DNA of 64,000 nucleotides from Raillietiella orientalis (Eukaryota): the NCBI GenBank assembly GCA_036172245.1, contig JAYWIR010000031.1:62001-126000 (forward strand), given 5' to 3'. The notes below the pieces were generated by a model. The model had not been told where the DNA came from and ran no database searches. It saw nothing but the letters and a program-made list of their open reading frames with translations. Each line of letters begins with the position of its first letter. The first letter of the stretch is position 1. A program made the position numbers and the translations under genes. Shown here in pieces: positions 25,530 through 36,958 of this stretch.

Positions 25530-28500
25530 GACACCCAGTCACGCCGGAGAGTTTATTTATTAAAAATAAAACTTAGACGTCAGTGGCAGGATACGTGATC
25601 CTGCCACTTTACAAAATGTACAGGAAGAACCTGTCGAGAACCGGCTCGCAGGCCGACGAGGTTCGCCACGGCAGTACAGGGGAAGGGAGACAAAAAAAAA
25701 GAAAAATAAAACAAAAAAATTACCAAAAATTGAGGGAGGGGGAGGATCGAGAAGTGATCACTATGTGCTGGTGGGTATCCTCTGCATCCTTGTAAGGATG
25801 CCAGCAAGTTCCAAAAGGGGTGAGAAGGCAGCGCAATCCACCAGCAGGTGCGGGAAGGTCTCCTTCCCGTCATCTGCAGCACCGAGCGTCCACGCTTCCC
25901 CGTGTCCAGTGGTGAAGGCGCGCTTTGCGCGGGATTCCCGCATGCAACACCAGTAACGCCGACTCCTGCCACTTGAGAGAGAGGGAGCCACTGTTCCAGC
26001 ACGCTGGAGGCCACTTCACCTCCTCTGGAGGGATGTCGAGCAGCTCTCCCCAGCGTGGCAGCCCGTGGAGTGGGACACTCACGGTCGCAGAGTCCGTCAC
26101 TTACCAACTTGTCCACGCCCCCAATAGTTTCCACCTAGGATGCTGGAAATCCTTTCGGGATTCTTCTGTTTCGCTGCTTCCTTCCAGCTTTTTTCTTCCT
26201 TTTTTCCTTTTTGGTTGGCCGAGTGCTGACAAACTCCTCGCCTCCATAGAGGCCGCTCACAAAGCTCTTTGACGCTGTTCCATGTCACCCGAGGGTGCGC
26301 GTTAACCTTTCAGGATAGGGACACCCCAGGAGGGGACCAGTCTGTGGATATAGGAAGGCTACGGAGGAAGGGGTCCGTTCCTATCTTACGTAAGGAACCT
26401 CTCTCTTATTCTCTCCGGAGGGACCCCCGGTTTGTGGGGGCCGTTCCTCGTTTCTTCTCCGAAGGGAATCCGCAACGGAACCACTCCCTGCTCTTGCTCC
26501 TCTGAAGGGAGCCCCGATGGGACGCTTCCGAATTTCTCTGAACGGATTCTCCCCGAAGGAAGCAGAGCTCTTCTTGACACTCTGGAGAGGTATCGATCCA
26601 CCAGCTCCATGGTACGAGATGGAGTACTCGAAGTACCCTGGAGAGTCCATCACGGTCAGTAAACAGAGACATCCGGCTTCCCACCAGTGCCGCACCCGAA
26701 TAGGCCAACGAGCGTCATCCCGAGGGGGAAGGGGACTCCTCCAGGGACGTCGCCCGCGTAAACTTCCCGGCCTCCGGTCTTCCGTTCGAACAGAAACAGA
26801 ACTCAAAATCACGACGTACCCCCATCTCGGCGTCCATCCTTTCCCAGGCGGGATTCAACCCGCGGCACTTGGTACCGCACGCAGAGAACGCAGCCAACGC
26901 GGTCCTACTTCTTGTTCTGGCCATGGTTGCCTGAATGCGCGGTCCCGTTTCCGGTGCCGTGAGCTGCCGAGATTGGCCGCGCTCTCCCTCCCTCGTGCGG
27001 GCGTGCGGAAATGGCGGGGGGTTCTCGCTCTGCAGTTCCTCGTAGTTGACACCGTGGGTCTTTCGGAAATGACGGCCCACGTGAGATGCGTCGGCGCGTC
27101 GGCAAGACTCAGGCGAGAAGCTCTTCGGACCGTGCCCAGATGCTGGCTCTGAGAGAGCTCCAAGGCGCGCGCAGAGCACATGGCAGGTCGACGTGGGCCA
27201 TTGGCCGTTGCGGCGACTGGGTGGGTGCCATCTTGAAGCGACAGGGATGACCTTCCTTCTGGTGGGTGGATCTCAGCTCCATCCGGAACGATTACGGGTT
27301 CCTCTTCTCCTCGTCGAGTGCTTCTCCACGTGACCCTTCCGTTCGTCCTTCTTGAGAAAAAGAATGTGGCCTCGGGCCACCTCTTTACGAGGCCGCATTC
27401 CGTTCTCCTCCGCTTTGCTCCGGATGAACTCAGCAGAAGATTTGGAAGGAGCAAACAACGAACGAACTTCTGGAGCATCCCCCGTCCGTTTCAGAGGAGC
27501 TACGAATGTTTCCCAGCGACCGGGAGCATTTCATCTCCTCTTCTTTTGGGGTGTACGATTAAGGAAGAGTTTCCTTTCTTTCAACTTTCAGTGGTTCTGA
27601 CCCTGGAAGAGCGGTAACAAGAAATCCTGGCCCCTGAGGAGTTCCTGGGATTTGGAACCAAGGTGGACAACCCACACAACGAGGCCCCCGTCACTCCCCG
27701 TCCACCCCCCAACATCCGTCGTGCATCAGCTCTTCTTCAGCAGCGAGGAGAGCTGAAGAAATGGAGAAGATGGCGAAGGAAGCTGCGGGGAAAGTCTATC
27801 CGTTTTCTCCACGGATTCCTCACGTCTCGAACGAAACGCCATCCAGCCAGACCCGCCGAACGCTCCTGAAGGAGGGTGGTTTGGAGGAGGCCCGGCGGAG
27901 AAGAGACCCAGAGTCCGGCGCCCATGCAGTGCTCTTCGTCCTCCTCGCCTTTTCTCCCCGAGCCAGCGGGCAAGACAAGCACACCCCTTCTGACTGCCGG
28001 CCCAGGACGCCTCTTCTCTTTCGAGGCTCGCAAGGGCATCGGGCGGTCAGCAAAGGAGGCAAGGAGTAGCGTGGAAGCTGCAACACGCAGCGCTGGGTGT
28101 CTTCCGTTCGTCACGAGTCTCTGTCCTCCCTTTGAGGTCGAGGCGAATCATCACCCAAGCGGGGAGTTCACGAGGGTGGGCGTCGACGAAGACAGTCTCG
28201 AGCAGGTGCTCCTACGTCACCGTCAATCACTAATTCCCGCCACCGGTCCCGCTTTGCATGATCTTAATGGCTTCTTCTCCTCCCTCTTCTTCCTAACGCT
28301 TTGTCCGATCGTGAAGATGTCCCACCGGAACCATCCGCCGCCACCAGGGATGAACTGGCCTCCTTCCAAAGACGGAGGCCCGCCCCGTGGCTACGCAGCG
28401 CGGTTATCTGCGCTCGAAAAGAAGTGACCTCTACCTCCGAAGCGAACCTTCAGCTCGACCAGAGAGCGGCTTTATTCTTCCCCAGGGAAGAGCCGAGCAG
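25530..28500 (-). mobile_element. Degenerate, internally deleted L1/Tx1-like non-LTR retrotransposon
   Basis: C-terminal zf-RVT/CCHC: RWGELLDIPPEEV...ARLHHWTRG...KETFPHLLVDC. DNA similarity to 53900-55600. Upstream DVRNPWRKR (APE-like) and TVFVDAHPRELP (ORF1-like) are weaker. Confidence 0.65.
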
Positions 28501-28749
28501 CTAGGAAAGACATCTCATTTGCCTTCTCGAGCGGAGGTCATGCTCTCTGTCACATAAATAGCTCTGAGGAGATCTAGGACTTTCTGGAGTGCCGAAAAGA
28601 GTTTTCCTGTCCCATGCGCGCGTGCCGTGGGCAACACTTGAGAGGGCGAAGCGTGCGCGCGCGCGTGAGTTTGTGTAGGGTGAGCAATTCGAAAAAAGGA
28701 CGGCATGTTGGACCAGCCTCAAAGTGCTTCTGGTTTTCCAGGGTTTGCG

Positions 28750-29595
28750 ACTGGGAATGGCTTTCCGCTTGCACTGATGGCAGTTTGATTCGAACCCGCA
28801 CCTATGAAGTGCCTTTAACCTCCCGACCGCGCCACATTACTCGACCGTGCAGGGGCACCTCAATCCCCAAAGTATATCACCCCCACGGGCCTGCTTCTGG
28901 ATTACCAGCTGCTTCCTTGCTAGGGATCTTCCGCTGCGTAAGAGAGAGCAGAGATGATCGGCAGAATGAAAGACCGTGAGGAGGAAGGGAGGAAGAGGAA
29001 GAGCGCCCATCATAAGTGCAACCAAGTCCCAGAGGTCAGTTCCGGAATGACAGAGAGGAAAGGGACAGTAAATACACAAAAATAAATACATATCCAGGGC
29101 ATCAGTTCCGTGGAAGGAGGAACTCTAGCCTTCACAGCCGATCGAACGCCTGAAAAACTGTCGGGATCAGGGTGGCGCAGACTCCGATTCCTCGACGCGG
29201 ACGCCACGGTCATCCACGCAACTGCAGGCTTTATTCTTCCTGACACCTGCGTCCGTGTTTGGCGTCTCGGAACAGAGCCAAAGAGTCTTTCCAAATACTG
29301 GCGACTGCCCTCTTCATGAAGACCATCCGCAGCTTTGAGCGACGCTCATTTGACAATCTTCAGCGAAATTTCCCCTAGGGTGCTTCCGCGCTAATGTTCC
29401 CTAAAGATAAGCAGAAAGCGAAACCAACGGGTCATGATTGCAGGGAACGACACGTGGAGAGCGGGAGCTCACCTTTTCCGTCATCCTTATGATATACCCT
29501 GGTGTCCCTTATTCCAACTTTCGCCTTCTGATGAAGTGATGCATCGGAACTGAGATCTTGAGAAGAAGTTCCGGTACTTACCATTCTTGTATCAA
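28750..29595 (-). pseudogene. JAK-like N-terminal FERM remnant
   Basis: RGNFAEDCQMSVAQSCGW (cf. JAK2 GEYVAEEICIAASKACG), VKARVP and DALDMYLF. DNA-level paralogue at 33600-34070. Confidence 0.55.
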
Positions 29596-29599
29596 AATC

Positions 29600-30060
29600 T
29601 ATTGAAAGAAGAGAACCTTTTCATTGAGTGGACAAGAAAAAAATAATGCACGGAGTGCCTGCATGACATCTAGGAAAAGCTCATGGCTTCTCACTTCGCT
29701 CCTCGAGTTTCGTATTTTGTACAAACCGCCAGGAAGAAACCACCGAACCTCCATACTACATGAAATCAATGAAGCACATTTGGAAAGTACTAGAGCCAAG
29801 TTTGGAAAGATTTTGACTCGGAATTCTCGAGTTCAGAACAAGACCGCAGAAGTGCGGATCCTTTCTTCCGCAACTTCGAAAATTATCCCAGTACCTATTT
29901 CCCTTATCCTGGAGAACCGAGATTCACTTTAGCAGCAAATGCAGCATGGATATAAATGAAAGAATTATTTGTCGTTGCAGTTTTCAAGACGTAAAAAATT
30001 TGCTATGAGGATCGAAAACCCGAAGTAAACCAGCTAGTACTTCACAATCTTGAGTTACCA
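29600..30060 (+). pseudogene. JAK-like FERM F1 remnant
   Basis: KSSWLLTSLLEFRILYKPP...LHEINEAHLE resembles hopscotch K.WL...LEFRLRFKVP...LK.ID..A. Confidence 0.45.
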
Positions 30061-30109
30061 TCCTTTCTCTTTTTATACAAATTCTTTACGCCACTCTGTA
30101 TCTTTTAAA

Positions 30110-31434
30110 TCATTCGTTCTTATTTAGTTCTTATTTAGTTATATGTACTTAATTGCTGATTGGATGTCTATTAATTCCCTATTGGAAAACTTTATTGCTT
30201 ATATTTGCAGTTACAAACTGGTTACAGGGGAGCTCTGGACATTCTTTCGTAGTTGCTCGACTGTTCACTTGGGGCGCTCTCCGCCCCTCTTTATGGTGCT
30301 TTCTCAGCTTCCTGGCTTCCATGTGGTAAGAGCACACTGCTGGGGTTCTCCGGCTAGTTGTCGCCTTTCCGTGCGACATGGGCTGCATAGATATCGCTTT
30401 GGTACTGGATGCACGAAGCCACCATCTGGTGTCTCATTTCCAGAATTGCTTCTTCGGAATTCCTAGATCATGCAGTACTTTCTCATTTCCTGGATCCCAA
30501 GCTTCCAGAGAGCCAAAGATGAATGCACGTACCTTGCATTGCTTTCCCTCTCTCCCAGCTTTAGAGCTACCTCCTTGTATATTCCTTCTTTGCTTCTTCT
30601 GGCTGTGCTGAACTCCTCCCTTCCATTTTCGTATGGGCGGCAGACGTCCAGCACGAATACCTGGTTCCCTTTATCCATGACTAAATCCGGTTTTAGGAGG
30701 GAATTTGTTCTTGGAACTCTCTGGTTGCTGGACACTAGGGTTCATTTCTCTCCATCCACCACGGCCTTGTTGATCATCTCTTGAATCTCCTTGTGAAGTG
30801 CCATGGACAGAGGAAAGTGCCTCTTGCAACTGTTTAGTATGTGAGACAACGTTCCCCCTCTTCTGTCAAACTGCGGCGACGTTTGCGTTCTTCTGGTTTC
30901 ATTCTTGGTCCAGCCCTGACTGGTAGGACGTTTAGTTTGGCTGCGTGGATGAATTTGTTGTCCTGGAATCTCAGGTGGCTTTCGTTGGTGAGGAGGCTTG
31001 AGGAGTGGTGCATGCCCACACACCTCATGGTCTTCCCTTGGCTGATGTGTTTTTGGACTAGGGATTGCCATGCGTGGTCTCTCTGCAGAGCACTCACGCC
31101 AAAAAATCTTCCTCCCCGTGCTGCTGCTGAAGATGACGCCGTCAACCGTTGTTGGGTTCTCCATCGTTGATTTTTCAGCGGACTTTTGTTCTTCTCGAGT
31201 CCTTTCTTCCTTTTGACAGAAGACTCTCGATGTCGTTGCTTGCGTTGTGTTGATTTTCCCGGATGAAGTCCCCGTCATGAATTCCCCCAAGTCCTCATCT
31301 GTTGGGGTTTCGCAGATTCTTTTTTGAGCCACTTCGCTCAAAGTTTCTTGAGACAATTTCTTTGCTATCTGAAGATTAATCCAATCCTTGAAACTTAATA
31401 GCTTCTGACATTTTGAATGAAACAACAATGGCAA
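30110..31434 (-). mobile_element. 5'-truncated NeSL/Utopia-like (R2 group, RLE) non-LTR retrotransposon
   Basis: QKLLS.KD..KRICETPTDEDLGEFMTG, QGKTMRC..LRFQDNKFIHAAKLNVLP, TLSHILNSC and the restriction-like endonuclease KPDLV...VLDVCRPYENG..F..AR..K..Y. Frameshifted, with a tandem AACTAAATAAG tail at the 3' end. Confidence 0.85.
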
Positions 31435-31629
31435 GGTTAAATTCCTAGGGAGGTAATTTATCTATAAGCTTGAATAAGCAAAATGAGGGAGGAGCTCCAA
31501 GAATGTTATTTTCTTTGTACATAAATTCAAAGTTATGTACGGACAGATGATGTGCTATTAATAACTGGGAACATGTTTCATTTGTTTTTAGGGGGGTAAA
31601 ACCAACACACAGATTCAGATATTCCATCG

Positions 31630-32450
31630 CCACCGTTCACGAGCCCCAAGGGCTCTGGTGATGAGATTTCGGCAGGTCCCTTTCACCACTTCCAGCAGTT
31701 TTTTCTTCAGGTTTAATGATGGTTTAATGCCGAACTTTCCAAGAGCAAGTGGGAGTCTCCACGAACCCTGGGATGGCAAAGAAATGGAACTGAGGAAAGG
31801 CAGTGGCCCTACTTACTTGCGAGTAAACAGTTAAGACTCAGACATTTTTCCTCGGGGCCTAAAGATGACCTCGACTTCTCAAAATTGAATGGGAGGGAAG
31901 GCCAGCTTGCTGGATCCATGAGCGCCACCATTTAGGGAGCGACTCTGAAGGAGGAATCAAAACGTTGTGGTCGCTGCGCACCCAACGCGGAGCACATTGG
32001 CTTCCATGAAAGCTGTTGCTGGCTGCTGCTGTAGGAGGCAAGACGGTGGCAGCCAGGGAATTCGGAATCCTCTACGAAGTGCGTAATATCTCACCTTCAG
32101 AAGCCCTGGAGGTGAATGGGTGAGGACCGTCGGAACAGAGTCGTTCCTTGCTCGCGTTCCACGCGTGTTCCGGCGGTCGCTGCAATGGCTCTCGCAGAAG
32201 GGTCTAGGCTTGACCCAACCCGGATCCGCCGTTGTAGCCGATCTTGTTGGTAGTGGAAAAAGCTCCAGCGAGACTCTGAAGGCTGAGAAGACAAACAGAC
32301 TTTGAGAACGGTGCGATTGATTGTGGGTCTTCGGATGCAAAGGGCAGCATGGGAAGAGATTCTGGCACCTCACAGATGGTTTGAATGGAGCCGATTACGC
32401 TTGCTTCCTCATTTTCAGAGGTTCGGCAGCTCCTTGCGTATGGAATAAGC
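31630..32450 (-). mobile_element. Second decayed R2-group element, C-terminal fragment
   Basis: LLKVRY, SQC..RSDHNVL and GSW..LGKFGI..LKKKLLEVVKG resemble the CCHC/RLE C-terminus. Confidence 0.35.
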
Positions 32451-32459
32451 ACCACGTGA

Positions 32460-34070
32460 AAGCAGGAAACTGATCTATCGGTGAGGATCTCGGCTCGTGT
32501 CTCAGCCGTCGGTCGTCATCCATTGGCAGCGCATCCTTCCGTTAGAACGGGCAACTAACCTTCGCAGTCCAGGAAAAATTGGAGCTCCACGAGTGAGCCA
32601 ATTTTCCTTTGGTTCTCCGCTTCCTCAGGAGGGAAGGCATCTTTCCATCTTGAGCTGCTAGCGGCCTCAGCGGACATCGTGGCTGTACGAGGAAAGAGAA
32701 TACTGGAACGCAAAGCGGTAAAGACCGGATGCTGGGAGCATTTGGTCACGAGATTTGATTTTTTATACATTGCTTGTTTGAGGTTAGATCTTGGCAATCT
32801 TTTGTTGCTCCCTATTCATGGGCAGGTGCAAGGCGAGCTTCAGCGATACGAGTCTTCCTGTCACCGCGGAACAATTCCAATGTTTTTCCATATATTCTAC
32901 ACTGAAGGATGGAATGTACGATGGATATAAGCCGAATCAATAGGCAACTTGAGAGCAGGCCAAGACATTGATTGTATCAATGCTGGGGGTACTAGAGTGA
33001 ACTGTACTGTGGAGAATGCAGTAAGGATGGAGTAGATCCTAAAAAATCCTTCTGGTTTCAGAGATTCGCTTTTTCATTTTCTCCCAGTCTCCTGTGAGAG
33101 ACATAGAATCTTCCCGTTCTTTCAGGCTCCCAGCAATGGAATGACCACTTGCGATGAGACGAATGGCAACAGCGACTGAATCTGTGAGCAGCGCATGCGA
33201 GGTTTGCAGGGGATCCCTCCACCCGTGCGTGCAAGGATAACCGAAAGGGATGTCTCCTGCCTCGAGAAAGGATGCAGCAGTGCTGCGAGACAATGCCCCC
33301 TTTTTCCCAAGGGGCTGTCAGCGCGATCCTGGTGTCCTGATCCTGGCGTCAGAGCGCTCAGCCTGATGAGGATCCCTCAACGCGTGCAAAACTCGAGGGA
33401 TGGAGTTCACCGTCAAAAACGTTTTGAAGGCACGTGCGGGAGTTGCCGTGCCTGATGTTGCTTCAAGAGGAGCTGCAAGGAGGTCGGAAGAAGAACCCGA
33501 GGCAAAGAGCGCATGGCTTCCAGCGGGAGAAAACTAGCACGCAAAGCTGAGAGAAAGAACTTCTCCTCCCCGATCCGCGAAGCAGCTCAATCGATCACCG
33601 CAGTCTGCCGACGTGAGGGCGATCCTGAGGCTGAAAAAATTGTTCCAGAAGCCAATTTTCCTTGGAAGCACACCGAATGACTGCCCTAATTCTTCATGGA
33701 CCGTAACAGTCCCAATCTGTCATTCCGCTGAACGACTGCCCTCCACGCGGCAGTTTCCTCGAACACTGCCATCAGGAACTCGTCATTCTGAAACAGCTGA
33801 AATCACTCACGCACTCCGTTATCCTGGCGACTGCCCTCTTCGTGAAGAGCGTCGCGCAAGGCCGTGGCCTTGCGCGACGCTCATTTGACAATCTTCAGCA
33901 AAGTTTTCCCCAGAATTCTGCCACGTTGATATTCCCATCCTTATGAATATGTCCTCGTGGGAGGGGATCCTTATTCCATTCCATTCTTTCGAAGCAGCGA
34001 TGCATTGGAATTGAGATCTTGATGGGAGATTCTGGTACTTCGAATTCTCATGTCAATCTTCCTGGATTGC
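32460..34070 (-). pseudogene. JAK-like FERM remnant, interrupted by a retroelement fragment (~33040-33600)
   Basis: SGENFAEDCQMSVAQ at ~33870-33915. SVEYMEKHWNCSAVTGRL..LPMNREQQ (cf. JAK2 VMSYLFAQWRHDFVHGW..PVTHETQE) and RWKDAFPP lie at 32620-32910. Confidence 0.55.
33040..33600 (-). mobile_element. R2-group RT thumb fragment
   Basis: ARTGGGIP (cf. GGLGIP) followed by LTDSVAVAIRLIAS. Confidence 0.35.
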
Positions 34071-34399
34071 AGCGATTCTGCTTCCTCCTGAGCTGAGCTC
34101 GGTTCCGCGCACTCAAGATTCATAGCAACGACCTGCTCCCGTCTTCGTCCTCTCGATTTCTTCTACTGCCGCAAATCCATCCTTTGTTTCGGTAGTTGCT
34201 GGTGGATTAAGACTGCTTTCCCTCCCACTTCCCTTCCCTTTTTTTTTCTTTGGCTTTCCCCGAGATGCCTCTGTTGATTTTCTGTTCAGAGTTCAGTTAC
34301 AAGTTTAGTCAGCTGTACCTAATCGAGATGTACTGTGCACTTTGCGGATCGTAGGTTTCCAAAGCTCTTCTTTAGCCAACCTCATTCTCCTTGAGAAGC

Positions 34400-35870
34400 A
34401 AGTCCCTCCACGAGAAGCGTGATCCATCCTAGTGGTCGGAATGTGGCAGCTCCTAAGGCCTGGACTTGCCGGAAGAGGGAACGAAGCTCCGGGCCGAAAG
34501 GTTGATTCTTCGTCTGGAAAGCTGGTGCGATTGCTTTTCTCTCACTGTCTTTCCCACCGGAGGTCAAACCAGTAGGTAAAAGTTTGTGGTAGGGCTGCAG
34601 GAAGAAGCGAAAAGAGTCATTCGTAACCGGTGAGGCTGAGTTCACCTCCGAGGTTCTAGTCAGTGGGACGACGATCTTGGTGCTTGAAGTTTTGTGGAGC
34701 GGCAGGGAAAAGAAGGGTTCCTCGTCCTCAACCGCCCCATCCAGGACGAATGAACCGCCGTCGGCAGACGTGGTGGGCACAACAGACTGGTAGCTCCGAT
34801 CAGGAATGTTGAGCAAGCAAAGTGAGCTCTGGTGGCCTCCGATCAAGCTGTGCTTGCAACAGGTTTCCAAACTGAGATCGGATTCGATGCCCCAGGCTGA
34901 CCAAAAGCAAAAAGAGTGGATGCCACCTTCTTCCGAGGCATCAGGGGAGCAAAGACAGAGAAAGAAATGTAGTTCGATGCCGAGGATAAGCTCCGCGCCT
35001 GAAAGAGCAGCTCCAGCATCCTATCATCTCGGTATGCTTGGGATCATGGAATCCGGCAAGCGAGGAAGTGCTAGGAGAACTGAGGATCCTTGATCTGTGG
35101 ATTGAGAGCAGCAGGAAGGGAACGGTGCGTCCCCACACGCTCCAATCCAGGGAGACGAAGATGCTAGACGGAAAACGTGGTGGAAAGAATCCCCTGGTCA
35201 CTGGTAGGGCTAGAGACTCAGGCTCCCCATTCCGAGGACCAACCCTAGCTGGAAATGACAGCGTCGCAAGACGGAAGCCTCCGCATTGTCGGCGGGTATT
35301 TGGAGGTTGGGATGCTCTTAATGACTTCCTGACATCTATGTGCCTTCATTCCCTTCGTTCATCGCCCCTGAGGGCTGCCAAACATCACTTCCGGTACTTC
35401 TCGTTGCAGTGCCACCTTCCCTCTTTTCCATATTTATGGTTCCCTCCCCTTTCCCATCTACAAACTTCCCCGGAACCACAAAACGGAAGATTCAGAGAGT
35501 TCGGACCCCTGGACCATGTCGGCAGAACCGTGGGTTTCGCACCCGCGAGTGCTGTCCTCCGCAGTAGAGGCAGCACAGGAACGCCTTCGGAATCCAAGAG
35601 GTTGCTTAGCCTCTTCCAATTCCGGCGACTGGCGGCAGGTGGTCACCGCTTGTGCGCTCCTCTCAGTCCAGTGCGCAACGACACTCTACGCGCGAGGGTG
35701 CTCATTCCGGACGAGGAAAAGGGTCTCTCACAGACGAGTCCTCCTTTACCCTTAACAGCTGAAGACGCCAAGGAAGAGTCGACAAAAAAAGGATCATGAG
35801 GGCAGTGGAGAAAGCACGTCAGGATCACGTGGTTCCTGGACTCCAGAGGAGAATGGCAGCCTGAGGGGAC
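34400..35870 (+). mobile_element. Degenerate L1/Tx1-like reverse transcriptase fragment
   Basis: AFLSLSF (cf. LSLDF), TSEVLVSG..EV..RQG (cf. S.VL.NG..V.RGVRQG), LRILDLWI (cf. LRILG.W) and a GG.G motif appear in order. Frameshifted. Confidence 0.5.
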
Positions 35871-36898
35871 GAGCAGCTGAAGTGTGATGGCTGCCTTTCC
35901 ATCGGGTTCCATCCCGCTCCTGTTAGAGTTTCCAAGGATTCCAGGGACATTCCCCTTTTTCCAGCCCTCTCCTCCTCCTCTGCCCCATTCTGCGCTCATT
36001 GCGCTCCTTGGGCACCCCATTCTTTTGCGGTCCACCACGAAGCGGAGTTGGCGCCTTTCGCAAGCGCCAAATCGAAATATTCCCGGTGGTCTGCCATCGG
36101 TCCCTCCTCTTCGTCTTGCTCCTCCTCCCCCCACCATCCACCGTCCTCACTGCCATTGCTGTCGTTGCTCGTCATTCAGCTCATCGATCCCACCTTTCCG
36201 GAAGTCCTGGTCTCTTGCAAAAGAGAACACGGAGCATGCGCTCATCTTCAACCGGAAGGACACCTGCGGAGCTGCTCCCCCTCGTCCTCGCCCCAAGTTC
36301 CTCCGACCCGCTCGCATTCCTCGTGTCCCGAGAAATCAAGCACGGACCTCGGTTCCAGCTTGGTGAGAGCTCGAGATTTGGATCACAGGGAAGTAAGCGA
36401 ATGGTGATGATGGCAATTGAAACGATGAAGAGGGGGAAGAGGAGAGGGGGAAAGGGAGAAATACGAGACAACGAGGACACTGAATGCAGAGAAAAGAAAT
36501 CAGAGGTGATTTGCAGGATACCACTAGGACCTGAGCATCTTGGAGACATGAGGCAGCTTTTCTTCTTCTAGTGCTTCCTCTTCTTGAGCTTCTTTTTGTT
36601 CTTCTTGTGCTGATGCTCCTTCTCCTCTCACAAGGAACCGGAGAACACTCGAGCCCTTACTCCTGCCGTCCAGAGCCCCTCCCTAGCTCGCCCGCAACTC
36701 CCCCACGCTCTCCGAAGGCCCGGGTCACGCGGCAGAGATCTTGGCTCCTGAGTCCTTCGGCTCCGCTGACAGGGAGACATATCGAGTGCGGAAGCGCGCG
36801 CGCAACCCCGAGACCCGTCCTCCCCGTCCCGCCGCCGCCCTTCCTGCGGATGCGGGCCTTCACGCTCAGCGGGCAGCGGAGACTCGGAGGAGGGAGGG

Positions 36899-36905
36899 TA
36901 TTTAA
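36899..36905 (+). promoter_or_regulatory. Candidate TATA box of the DUF4789-like gene 2
   Basis: An isolated TATTTAA in very GC-rich DNA, ~55 nt upstream of ATG 36959. Confidence 0.4.
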
Positions 36906-36958
36906 CGCGCTCGGAGGGCGAGGGGCGTCCGCAGTGGCCTCTGGGAGCGGCGTCCGCG

